Assembly (NCBI GenBank): GCA_951406725.2
Contig: OX597842.1
Coordinates: 9,610,001 to 9,674,000 of the forward strand
Length of the DNA stretch: 64,000 nucleotides
Reading direction: 5' to 3'
From: Octopus vulgaris
Lineage: Eukaryota
Shown in pieces: positions 1 through 13,051 of this stretch. The position numbers were made by a program, and so were the translations under genes. The notes beneath the pieces were generated by a model. That model had not been told where the DNA came from and searched no databases. It saw only the letters and a program-made list of their open reading frames with translations. Each line of letters starts with the position of its first letter. The first letter of the stretch is position 1.

Positions 1-117
1 AAGAAAGAAAAAAAAACAAAAAATATAAGTTGATTAAATCGATTGAGTTCTCTCTAGACGAATTCTGGCTCAGAGCCATTGATGACGTCGGAAATTGCTT
101 TGAGCAAGAAACGATGA

Positions 118-475
118 CTACTAATACCACTACTACTACTATTATTATTATTATTATCATTATTATTATTAGTAGTAGTAGTATTAGTTTTATTATTATT
201 ATTATCATTATTATTATGATTATTATTATTAGTAGTATTAGTATTATTAGTATTATTATTAGTAGTAGTAGTATTACTATTAATATTATTATTATTTGTA
301 TTATTAGTATTATTATTATTAGTAGTATTATTATTAGTATTATTATTAGTATTAGTTGTAGTAGTATTATTATTATTATTAGTAGTATTATTATTAGTAT
401 TATTAGTATTATTATTAGTAGTAGTATTATTATTAGTATTAGTTGTAGTAGTATTATTATTATTATTAGTATTAT
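118..475. repeat. (ATT/AGT)n compound microsatellite
   Basis: Direct inspection. Confidence 0.9.
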
Positions 476-1254
476 CATCTCATCTTTCGCCCTGGTGGCA
501 AATAAAAGAAATTATTATTGTTGTTGTTATTGTTATTATTTTCTACAGTTTTCCTGCATGCTTGTACTGCACCGTTGTCAGTCCTCGGTACCGTTGTCCA
601 TATATTGTGTTGTCGGAGTGTCGATGGGGGTGGGGGGAAAAGGGCTGATGGCGATGGTAGTGGTGCTGGTGGTGGTGGAGTGTTTACTGTTTTGTTGCCT
701 TTTGGGCAAGAGGGAAGGAACGAGGTGGTGGTGATGGCGGCAGTGAGTTGTTGTATGGTGGTGGTAGTGGCGGTGTGTGTGGGGGGGGGGCTGCATTTCG
801 GTGTTGCCTTTTGGGAGAGTGGGAGGAGGTGGTGGATGTGGTAGTGGAATCGTATTGCTTTTGGGAAGATGTGGAGCTGTTGCTGTTCTTCTTCTTCTTC
901 CAATCAGGACTCACGCCATTAGCCACAAAGTATAATCTCTAATTTGAGCCTACTCTAAGCTACAAAGAGTGCATGTAGCACTATAGTGAGTTACACCATG
1001 GTTTCTCTGCTTTGAGGCAGAAGTAGGAAGAAAGAGTGAGAGAAAATTGTGGTGAAAGAGTACAGAGGGGTTCACCACCTCTCCCCACCGGAGCCTCGTG
1101 GAGCTTGGGTGTTTTTGCTCAACAAACACTCAAAATACCCGATCTGGGAATTGAAACTGCAATCCTACAACTGCGAATCTGCTGCCCTAACCACTGGGCC
1201 ATTGCACCTCCCCATATATGTGTGTGTGTGTATATATATAGATATACATATATA

Positions 1255-1545
<291 letters not shown>

Positions 1546-1954
1546 GTGTATGTATATATATATGTGTATGTATATATGTCATCATCATCATCATTTAGCG
1601 TCCACTTTCCATGCTAGCATGGATGTGTGTATATATATATATATATATGTGTGCATGTGTATATATATGTGTGCATGTGTATATATATGTGTGCATGTGT
1701 ATATATATGTGTGTGCATGTGTATATATATATGTGTGCATGTGTATATATGTGTGCATGTGTATATATATGTATGTATATATTATAGATGTAGAGAATGA
1801 ATGCTTTTGAGTATTTTATGGATTCTTTCCTTCGTCCATTTTCATAGATTAATAATTAATCTGTAGAATTAATTGTTAATTCTACTGTAAAGAGGTGTAG
1901 AATTAAACAATACTTGTAGACACTCAAAGACTTCACAGCAACTGTATGTGTACG

Positions 1955-1993
<39 letters not shown>

Positions 1994-2928
1994 ATATATG
2001 TGTGTGTGTGTGTGTATGTATATATGTGTGTGTGTGTGTATGTATATATGTGTGTGTGTGTATGTGTGTGTATGTATGTGTGTGTGTGTGTATGTGTGTG
2101 TATGTATGTATGTATATATATGTATGCATGTATATATATGTATGCATGTATATATATGTATGCATGTATATATATGTATGCATGTGTATGTATGTATATA
2201 TATATATATATATATATATGTATGCATGTGTGTACATATATTTGTATGTGTATTTATATGCTTTTATATATGGATATATATGCGTATATATATCTGTGTA
2301 TATATGTGTGTTTGTATGTATGTGCAGATCACCCACACCTCCCTCACACAATATCGTAAAATGAGACCTCGGTGTGAATTAATAGAGTAAATAATTACTC
2401 AGGTGAGAAATAACTGGTTTTTTTATCTCTTAAAACCTTCAAAAGTTTTCCAGTGAGTGAACAATATCAATGGTGAGATGAAATGATGTGTGATGGCTGA
2501 ACCATTTGAGTGTTAAGATCATGGTTTTATTCTGGGGAAAGCTTTCATGATCTGAGAAACAAGATACTTATATATTATATATGTGTGTATGTATATGTGT
2601 GTATGTATATGTGTGTATGTATATGTGTGTATATATATATGTGTGTATATATATATGTGTGTATATATGTGTGTGTGTGTGTATATATATGTGTGTGTGT
2701 GTATATATATATGTGTGTGTGTGTATATATATGTGTGTGTGTGTATATATATATATACTAATATAAGGGTAAATAATTATTAATTTTAAAATTAATAATC
2801 ATTACCAAGTAGTTTCGGCATTATCAGTAGGAACTTTTACAAAAAGTTTTTATATATAAATAAATATATATATATATCTATATATATCTATATATATCTA
2901 TATATATATATATATATATATATGTATA

Positions 2929-3959
2929 GGCACAGGAGTGGCTGTGTGGTAAGTAGCTTGCTAACCAACCACATGATTCTGGGTTCATTCCCACTGTGTG
3001 GCACCTTGGGTAAGTGCCTTCTACTATAGCCTGGGGCCGACCAATGCCTTGTGAGTGGATTTGGTAGATGGAAACTGAACGAAGCCTGTCCTTTATATGT
3101 GTCTATATATATATGTGTGAGTGTATATGTTTGTGTGTCTGTGTTTGTCACCCCCCTCCCCAACATCATCTGACAACTGATGCTGGTGTGTTTACGTCCC
3201 CGTAACTTAACAGTTCGGCACAAGAGACCGATAGAATAAGTACTGGGCTTACAAAGAATAAGTCCTGGGCGGTGCTCCAGCATGGCCACAGTCAAATGAC
3301 AGAAACAAGTAAAAGCGTAGAAGAGTATATATGTACAGACAGCCTTCTTTTGGTTTCCTATCAAACCTACACACAAGAATTTCTTTCGCTAAAACCCTTT
3401 AACATGGTGCTCCAGCATGGCCAGAGTCAGATGACTGAAACAAGTAAAAGAATATATATATATATATATATATAGGTGTAGGAGTGGCTGTGTGGTAAGT
3501 AGCTTGCTTACCAACCACATGATTCTGGGTTCATTCCCACTGCGTGGCACCTTGGGCAAGTGCCTTCTACAATAGCCTGGGGCCGACCAAATCCTTGTGA
3601 GTGGATTTGGTAGACAGAAACTGAAAGAAGCCCATCGTATGTATATGTCTTTCTCTCTCTCTCTCTATGTGTGTGTTTGTGTTTGGCCCCCCAACAGATG
3701 CTGGTGTGTTTACATCCTCATAACTGTTTGGCAAAAGGGACCAATAGAATAAGTACTAAGGCTGACAAAGAATAAGTCCTGGGGTTGATTTGCTCGACTA
3801 AAAGGCGGTGCTCCAGCATGGCCACAGTCAAATGACAGAAACAAGTAAAAGAGTATATGTATGTATGCACAGGCTTCTTTTGGTTTCCTTCTATCACTAA
3901 AACCCTTTAACATGGTGCTCCAGCATGGCCTGAGTCAGATGACTGAAACAAGTAAAAGA

Positions 3960-3960
<1 letters not shown>
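2929..3960 (+). mobile_element. Two adjacent copies of tRNA-derived SINE family A (CORE-like CCTTGGGCAAGT motif), with a locally duplicated 3' flank
   Basis: Head GGCACAGGAGTGGCTGTGTGGTAAG, B-box GGTTCATTCCC, tail CAGCATGGCCACAGTCAAATGACAGAAACAAGTAAAAG; copies at ~2929-3315 and ~3474-3852. Confidence 0.8.
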
Positions 3961-4000
<40 letters not shown>

Positions 4001-4218
4001 CACGTGTGTATGAAGAAATTGGTGACAACATATGTGCATATTGATTCTGTGATTTCCAATACATATAGACGCCTGTAAATGTGTTTTAATTAGCTCTTAA
4101 TTAATATGATAATTGTCATTCTTTTACCAATACATGTATGAATATATAATTATATTTATCTGCCTGTCTACCTGTCATCTGCACATGATTTTATAATCTA
4201 TGTGAATGTATGTATATA

Positions 4219-4249
<31 letters not shown>

Positions 4250-4367
4250 CCACATATATTGTCATCATGCTAGCATGGGTTGGACCACTGACATATACAA
4301 ACAAGTATGTGTGTATATAATTATGTATGTATGTATATATATATATATGTGTGTGTGCGTGTGTGTG

Positions 4368-4428
<61 letters not shown>

Positions 4429-4430
<2 letters not shown>

Positions 4431-4998
4431 GCGCAGGAGTGGCTGTGTGGTAAGTAGCTTGCTTACCAACCACATGGTTCTGGGTTCCGTCCCACTGCGT
4501 GGCACCTTGGGCAAGTGTCTTCTTGAGTGGATTTGGTAGACAGAAACTGAAAGAAGCCTTGTCGAATGGATTTGGTGTATGAAACTGAAAGAATATATAT
4601 ATATATATGTATATATATGTGTGTGTATGTGTGTTGTGTGTCTGTGTGTCCCCCAACATCACTTGACAACCGATGCTGGTGTGTTTATGTCCCCGTCACT
4701 TAGCGGTTTGGCAAAAGAGACCGATAGAATAAATACTAGGCTTACAAAGAATAAGTCCTGGGGTCAATTTGTACGACTAAAGGTCGCAGTCAAATGACTG
4801 AAACAAGAAAGAGTATATATATGTATGTATATACAACAAGCTTCTTTTAAGTTTCTGCCTACCAAATCCATTAACAACAATTTGGTTGGCCCAAGGCTAT
4901 ATAAGAGAACATTTGCCCAAGGTGTCATGCAGTGGAACTGAACCTACAACCATATAGATGTGAACGAAACATCTAACCACACAGCCATACCTGTGCCT
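4429..4998. mobile_element. SINE family A, full copy (+) followed by an inverted partial copy
   Basis: Same head and tail motifs as above. Confidence 0.75.
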
Positions 4999-6169
4999 AT
5001 GTATGTATGTGTGTAGCATGGAAAACGGATGCTAAACGATGATGATGATGATGATATATATATATATATATAGATATATAAGGGGAAAGTTTATGAAAAT
5101 AAACAAAAGACGAAGGCAGGTGGAGTACAAACAAACAAATGTATTAGTATAGCTCTCAGGAATAGAAAAAGTTTTTTACGTTTCGAGCCTAGGCTCTTCG
5201 ACAGAAAGATACACAGAAAAAAACAAGGAGAGAAAAAAATGTGTGTAGGAGCTAACGATCTATCATGGTGTCCTGATATTTATATATATATACACACACT
5301 TGGCATTCGATCTGAAGCATACACATCCAAAATACCCTGGCGTGTATTGTCCAACTGCCCACACAAACACATATATATCCGCTGTACCCATATGACCACA
5401 TATATACACTCATACGAACCATGCACCCAATTGCTCATTATATATACATATGAATACATATGTGTACATACACTGAAGCATGTTCACATATATCTACATA
5501 TGTACTCACACACACAAGGATATTACGTGTGTATACACACATGTGTACCCATACAAATACAAAAACACACATTGATAGACACACTCACGCACACATTCTG
5601 ATCCATACGTATATGCATACATACATGCCCAAACACACACAGACACATATACTGTCACACATGAAAGCAGACCCTCATATATACATGCATACATGCCCAT
5701 ACACATACAAGCGCACACAGCAATGCAGACCCATATATATATATATATATACATACATTTATGCCCATATACATGCTCACACACACAGAGGCTCCTAGAA
5801 ACAGTTACATGCATTTACTGTCCTCATTCCTAATGCAATTACGCCATAGAAGGCTGGAGGGCCGTGAGGTGTTGTGGACAATCGGGCAGGGGGAGTGGAG
5901 GTGTCCGGGTTATATACATGGTGACATTTTTGGTGATTTAGTGACAATGATCCATCGGTCACTTAGTGGACAGTTGCCAAATTATAGCCCTGCTCAGCTG
6001 TTGTTGACTTATTTTCGTGCGGTAATTGCTAGCGTCTGGTGATAGTGTGGGGGTTGTGGTGGGGTGGACGGTGGTTGTGATGGTGGTGGTGGTGGTGGTA
6101 GTGGTTGTGGGGGAGTAGTGGTTGTGGTGGTAATAATAAGACTGGTTATTTATGTCATTATTTAGCCAT

Positions 6170-6580
6170 GTGTCAGTCCCATTCCTGCAGACCTGTGATC
6201 AAAGACGTTCCGGTTGTGACCCCCTCTCCTCCCATTTTTTCAGACATAGTGTATCTAGGACTTCATTATATAATGTACAGTATATTAGTATTAGTGGCTA
6301 TAGTTGTTGTTGTTATTTAGCCCCAGGTCAGTCCTGATCCAGAAGACCTATGATCAAAGATGTTCCAGCTGTGACCATCCCATCTTTTATTCAGACATAA
6401 TATATCTAGGACTACATTTTTTAATGTATAATATAACAGTCAGTATTAGTGGCTATAGTTATTTAGCCCAAGGTTAGTCATGGTTTAGCAGTCTCATTAT
6501 CAAAAATGTTCCAACTGTGATCATTTTATTTTTTATTCAGATATAGTGGATTTAGGATTACATTTTATAATGTATAGTAT
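6170..6580. repeat. Three degenerate tandem ~160-bp units (GACCTATGATCAAAGA...GTATCTAGGACTACAT)
   Basis: Visible tandem similarity; a related fragment lies at ~22430-22615. Confidence 0.6.
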
Positions 6581-7149
6581 ATTTGAAAGTATAGAAATTT
6601 TTTCCTCGTGGCTTGTAGTGAATTCCTCTTAACAGTGAACTTATGAACAATATAGAAAAGTATTCGAGGGGAAGGAACACTGTACATCTATGTAATACTT
6701 TAAGGTTACATAACTTCTCTTTGGCGATTCCTTTGAAACATATGTAGTATGTAATTACCTACTCTGTTCCCTTGATCCACTGATAAATAGGCACACACAC
6801 AATTATTATCATTTAACATCTGTTTTCTATGCTAGCATGGAGTGGACAGTTCACTGGGATGCAACAAGCTGCAGGACTGCATTGCGCTCCGATGTCGGCT
6901 TAGTACTGGTTCCTATAGCTGGATGTCTCTCCTAATATCAATTGTTTTCTAGTGTGTGCTTAGCAGCATTTTCATCCATCTTTACATTTTGAGTTCATGT
7001 TCCACTAAGGTTGACTTTGCCTTTCATCCTTTTGGGGTTGATGAGATAAGTACCAGCTGTGTACTGGGGTTTGACGTAATTGACAACCTCTTTCCTCACA
7101 AATTTTCCAGCTTTGTGCTTGTAGAAGAAACCTGCTGTGTGTGTGTGCA

Positions 7150-7866
7150 TATGTGGTAAGAAACTTCTCAACCACATGGTTCTGGGTTCAATCCCCTGCT
7201 TGGCACCTTGGGCAAGTGTCTTCTGCTACAGCCTCAGTCTGACCAAAGCCTTGTGAGTGGATTATGTAAATGGAAACTGGAAGAATCCCATCATATATAT
7301 ATATGTATATATGTGTGTGTGTCTTAAGCGTCTTAAGTGTGTGTCTTAAGTTCGTATGAGTGTATATATGTGGTTATATGGGTACAGCAGATATATATGT
7401 GTTTGTGTGGGCAGTTGGACAATACATGTCTGTCTTTAGTGTCTTATCCCCTGCTACTGCTTAACAGTTGGTATTGGTGTATGTACATCCCTGTAACTTA
7501 GCAGTTCGGCAAAAGAGAATAATAGAAAATGTACCAGGCTTAAAAAATAAGTACTGGAGTTGGTTCATTTGACTAAGAATTCCTCAAGGCTGTGTCCCAG
7601 GATGACTGAAACAAGTAAAAGATAAAAGATACATACATACTCTCTCTCTCTCTCTCTCTTTTACTTGTTTTAGTGATTTGACTGTGGCCATGCTGGAGCA
7701 CCGCCTTTAGTCGAGCAAATTGACCCCGGGACTTATTCTTTGTAAGCCCAGTACTTATTCTATCGGTCTCTTTTGCCAAACCGCTAAGTTGACGGGGACG
7801 TAAACGCACCAGCATTGGTTGTCAAGCAATGCTAGGGGGACAAACAGACACACAAACATATACACA

Positions 7867-7903
<37 letters not shown>

Positions 7904-8075
7904 CATATAAACACACACATGATATGATACGACAGGCTTCTTTCAGTTTCCGTCTACCAAATCTACTCACAAGGCTTTGGTCGGCCGAGGCTATAGTAGA
8001 AGACAATTGCCCAAGGTGCCATGCAGTGGGACTGAACCCGGAACCATGTGGTTGGTAAGCAAGCTACTTACCATA
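7150..8075. mobile_element. Tail-to-tail pair of SINE family A copies
   Basis: + copy at ~7150-7625 and - copy at ~7658-8075. Confidence 0.75.
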
Positions 8076-8730
8076 CATATATTGGTTTTAACTTGGCAAC
8101 TTTTAGAAACGCAATTAGACCACAATGACAGCAATTAGCATGTGTAACGATGCGGAAACTTTTATTGTGTTGGGAGTTATTCAACCGGGGATAAAATTAA
8201 AATGGCGCTTTATATATTCTTTGCATTGAAACGGTCCCGGGGTATAGTGAGAGCAGGACAATAGCGGAGAACACTTGCGGACAAAATAAATGAAGGACAT
8301 TGCTTTCTTTTAGTATTCGGAAAATGAACTTGGAGTTTATTTTCCAGAAAAAATATCTAACAAAGAGTTAATTGCAGGAACACAGACAGTCGGTTTCTGT
8401 TGTTTGCGTTTTTTGTTTTTTAGTTTTTTGAAAAGATTTTGATTGGGTATTTTTGGACGGGGCTAAATATATATATACTGGCCATTCTTTTGAATCACAG
8501 ATATTAGGCGACGCGACTATTTTGTTATGATATTTCTATCAAAATACACTGCCGTTCTTTTTTTTTTTTTTCAATTTTGAAGAATTTATGAAAATATCTT
8601 TGTCATTACTAAGCTGCTGTTTGGAACATGAATTAACTTGAAATTTTGATGGAAGATTTAACCCTTTTGTTACCATATTTCTGTTGAAATACACAGCTTT
8701 TGTTTCAATTGAATTTGGAAATTATGAAGA

Positions 8731-9000
8731 ACTAGCAGTATCGCCCAGCGTTGCTCGGGTTTGTTTCAACCCTTTAGAATTGGAATTTTTGGAAAGTAAA
8801 AATTTTGCATTATCTAGCTTGTTATTCTCTTTAAGTGAACATTTTTCTGGTTGAAATACACCGAAAAATGACGACACAGCAGTCAAAAAATCGTAATAAA
8901 TAGGGATTTTCATAGAGAAAAAGCACCTTTTTGATGTAAATAATTTTTGGTGTTAACGTGGTCTGATTTGAATTTTTTCTTCTACGGAATGAAGAGCAAG
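8731..9000 (+). mobile_element. Second, truncated copy of the Helitron-like element
   Basis: ACTAGCAGTATCGCCCAGCGTTGCTCGGGTTTG...; internal sequence shared with 47040-47210. Confidence 0.55.
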
Positions 9001-11268
9001 CTCCACAAGGCTCTGGCAGGGTGTGGTGGTGACCCCTGTTGTACTCTTTCGCCCCAACTTTCTCTCACTCTTTCTTCCTGTTTCTTGAGTAATGCTGCGA
9101 TGGACTGGCATCCCATCCAGCTGGGGGCAACATATACACCACAGAAACCAGGAAACCAGGCCAGGCTTGAAAAGGGCGCATAAAAAAAAAACTATTGAAA
9201 AGGCTAAGCCAAGACTGTCACTGTTTCTGCTACATGACCAGACATTGTTCAAAAAGACAGTTTGAGAACCAAACTTTGCTGACGCTTGTGCATATCGTGC
9301 ACAAGAGAGAGAGGTACACGCAATGTTAGATTCAGTGAAACTGTTGATCTGGAATAATATCTGGCTAGTTTTGAGTATGCAACATTTGCTGTTGGTGTAA
9401 AAGGAAACTGAAAGAAGCCCATCGTGTATATATATATAAATTAGAAAAATATATATAATATATTTTGTGAAATTTGATTTAGTATTTCTAAATTGAATTT
9501 ATCCCTGTAATTTTGGAATAATATTCCCTCATATTATTATTATTATTATTATTATATATGTGTGTGTGTGTGTGTCTTAGTGTCTGTGTTTATCCCGTGT
9601 CTGTCTTCTCTGGACGACATGTATCTTCCTTCATTGTAAAACAGCAGGTTGTGATTTAGAGTTGCTATTTCTAGCAGGTTGAATTACCACATAGAAGCTT
9701 TTTTTTTTGTTTTTTGCTCTTTTTTTTTTTTATTACTCTTAAGGTGTGATATTTGGTAGAGATGTTGGTGGTGATGGTAATGATAATTACAAAAGGGACA
9801 TTAACGAATTGTGGTGGGGGTGGCAATGGTGGTAACACCTGAGACATTAATGAGCAGTAATCATAATGGCAACGGAGGTGGTGGTGGTTGTAGGGGTGAT
9901 AGTGATAGGTGGGATCATCATGGCATTTGGTTGTACTTGCGGTGGTGGTCGTGGTCGGGACGGTGCAGGCAGTAGAAGCCATGGTTTTTGTGGTATACTA
10001 TCACTGGTGGTGTTGGTGGTTGAATTAACGTTGATGATGATAGAAGTGGTAGTGGTGGTAGTAGTAGTAGCAGCAGCAGTAACAGTAGAAGTAGTAGTAT
10101 AGTGATGTCTGTGGTATTTAGTCGTGGTGGTGTTGGTAGTAGTGGTAGTGGTAAGGGCCGACACTCATGGTATTTTGGTTGTATTTGTGGTGGTGGTAGC
10201 GCTGGTGGTGTGAACAATGATAATGATAGAGGTAATAGTAGCAGTAGTAGAAGGTGATAGTATAGAGTTATGCCTGTGGTATTTGGTTGTGGTGGTGGGA
10301 TCATAGGGTGCTGTTCATGGTAATTGGTTGCAGTGGTGGTGGTCATGTTAGTCATAGAAATGTTAATTGTAGTAGTGTTGGTGGTAGTGTAGGGTGCTGT
10401 TTGTGGTATTTAGTCGTGGTGGTAGTGTGGAGCGATCATATTATTCGGTTGTTGGTGGTAGTGGTGGTGGTTGTAGTGGTAGTAGTGGTAGTAGTGGTGG
10501 TGGTGATAGTAGTAGTAGTGGCGGTGGTGGTAGTAGTAGTAGTAGTGGTGGTTGTTGTAGTAGTAGTGGCAGTGATGGTGGTGGTGACAGGTGGTGTAAA
10601 TATTAAGGGTAGTGGTGGTTGTGTTAGTGGTAACAGTTGTTAGATGTATTGGTAGCAGTTGTAGCAGTACAGGTGTTAGTATTACTACTGGTAGTAGTAA
10701 TAGTGGTGGTGGTGGTAGCAGTAGTGGCCATGGCAGTAGTGGCACTGATGGTGGCAATGGTATTGGTGATGGTGGTGGTGGTGACGATAATGATGACAAC
10801 GATAGTTATGGTGATGATGATGATGATGATGATGATGAAGATTATGACAATGATGATGGTGATGCCGCAGCTGCTGATGACGATGGTGATGATAACGATG
10901 ATGATGATGATGGTTTAACGATGCTTGGCCACATTATTGCTACTAACAGCAGCATCGGTGGTAGAAACAGACGGTAAAGGTATTAGTACTCTTGTGATGG
11001 TGGCGACGGGGTTGGCCTCGGCGTTTATTTACGTGTCTGCTGTAGTGGCCACATTGAATAGAGTCCCCTCCCCCCAACACACACACACACACACACAGAG
11101 GCCTGGTGCTGTTGTGCTCCATAATTGACCGATCGTAAACATTAACCATCGTTGAAATACTTGTCGCAGTCGTCGGTGACGTCATTCGAGCCTCATTAGC
11201 ATTTTTGTGGGCGGGGCTTCGGCTACCGCACACTCTTTGGCGGACGTTTGCCAATACTGCAGGACAGT

Positions 11269-11342
<74 letters not shown>

Positions 11343-12712
11343 TATGTATGCATGCATCTGTGTGTGCGTATATAAATATGTAGCTATGTATATGTGTGTA
11401 GGTATATAAGTGTAGTTTTGTATATATATGTATGAGTGTGTGTGTGTGTGTGTGTATGTATGCATACATCTGTGTGCGTATGTGTAGTTATGTATGTGTG
11501 TATGTATATAAGTGTAGTTTTGTATATATATGTATGTGTATGTATGCATAATTCTGTGTGTGCGTATATGTGTAGTTATGTATATGTGTGAGTATGTATG
11601 TATGTATGAGTGTATGTATATAAATGTAGTTTTGTGTGTGTATATATGTATGTGAGTATGTATGTATGTATATGCATGTATATGTGTGAGTATGTGTATG
11701 TATATAAATGTATAGTTTTGTATATGTGTATGTGTATGTATGTATATGTGTATATATATAAATGTAGTTTTGTATATGTGTGTATATGTATATACTGGTG
11801 TGTAAGCATGTATGTGTCTACATTTGTGTATATATATAAATGTGCAGTTTTGTATGTGTGTGAGTGTATGTCTGTGTGTGTATTTGTACCTATATGTATA
11901 TATAGAATTATGTATAGTTGTATATATGTGTATATGGGTATGAACAAGTATGTATACAAATATTTGTACTTTCTATACATCAGTGTATAAATACATACAT
12001 GTATGTATACAATTATATTTTTGTGTATATATCTATATATATACATACAAAGATGTATAGAATAATGTCTGTGTATATATATATATATATATGCCTGTAT
12101 GTGTACATATATTATTTTCATTCTTTTACTTGTTTCAGTCATTTTGTCTGTGGCCATGCTGGAGTACTACTTTAAATATATAAATATAGACGTGTGTGTA
12201 TGTCTTAAATACATAAATATAAATGTGTGTGTGTGTGTGGCTATATACAGTTATATATATAACTACTTTTGTATATATATAATGTATGTATATACACACT
12301 GTATATATATACATATGCATATACACACAGACAAACATCTATGTGCAGTTGTGGATGTGTGTATTTACAGCAAGGTCACTGAAAATACCAATGATAAAAT
12401 ATGCTTAAATATATCTGTTCAATACAATCAAATGTACCTTTATCGATATGCAGCGAACACTGGTTAGTGGGTGTATATGCGTATGTGGATGGGTCTGTGT
12501 ATATGTGTGTGTATATATATGTATGTGTGTGTGTTTGTGTGTGTGCTTATTTTTGTTATTAATACTTGGTTGGAGTTATAGAGTGGTTCAAGGGCCGAGA
12601 GTTTCGGGCATGACCACCCAGTTTCATAAGGGCCAGTTCATGAGACTCCTGGCCCTTGACTCAGTCTGTTATTGTAATTTCTGCTGATTATTTATAATAA
12701 AAGATATATATA

Positions 12713-12744
<32 letters not shown>

Positions 12745-12861
12745 ATAATATATGTATATATGATACATATCTATACACATTTATAAATAATTATATATAA
12801 TGCCAGTCTTTCTCATTTGCCTTAGCTTAGGGTGTGTGTGTATATATACGTATGTATATAC

Positions 12862-12892
<31 letters not shown>

Positions 12893-13019
12893 TATACACA
12901 CACATATATATATATACACACATATATATATACACACATATATATACACACACACGTATTTTGGGTTTAATATATAAACATATGCATACACATAAATGCA
13001 CAGGCACATGCGGTGTGTT

Positions 13020-13051
<32 letters not shown>

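Noticed and set aside
480-965. Minus-strand Pro/Ser-rich coding exon (ANGVSPDWKKKK...)
   Set aside because: All three frames hit stops shortly after the only good acceptor; low complexity with no recognisable homology. It could be a UTR, but this cannot be supported.
9760-10920. Gly/Ser/Asp- or Thr/Val-rich ORFs
   Set aside because: Degenerate (GGT/AGT/GAT)n trinucleotide tracts typical of this genome.
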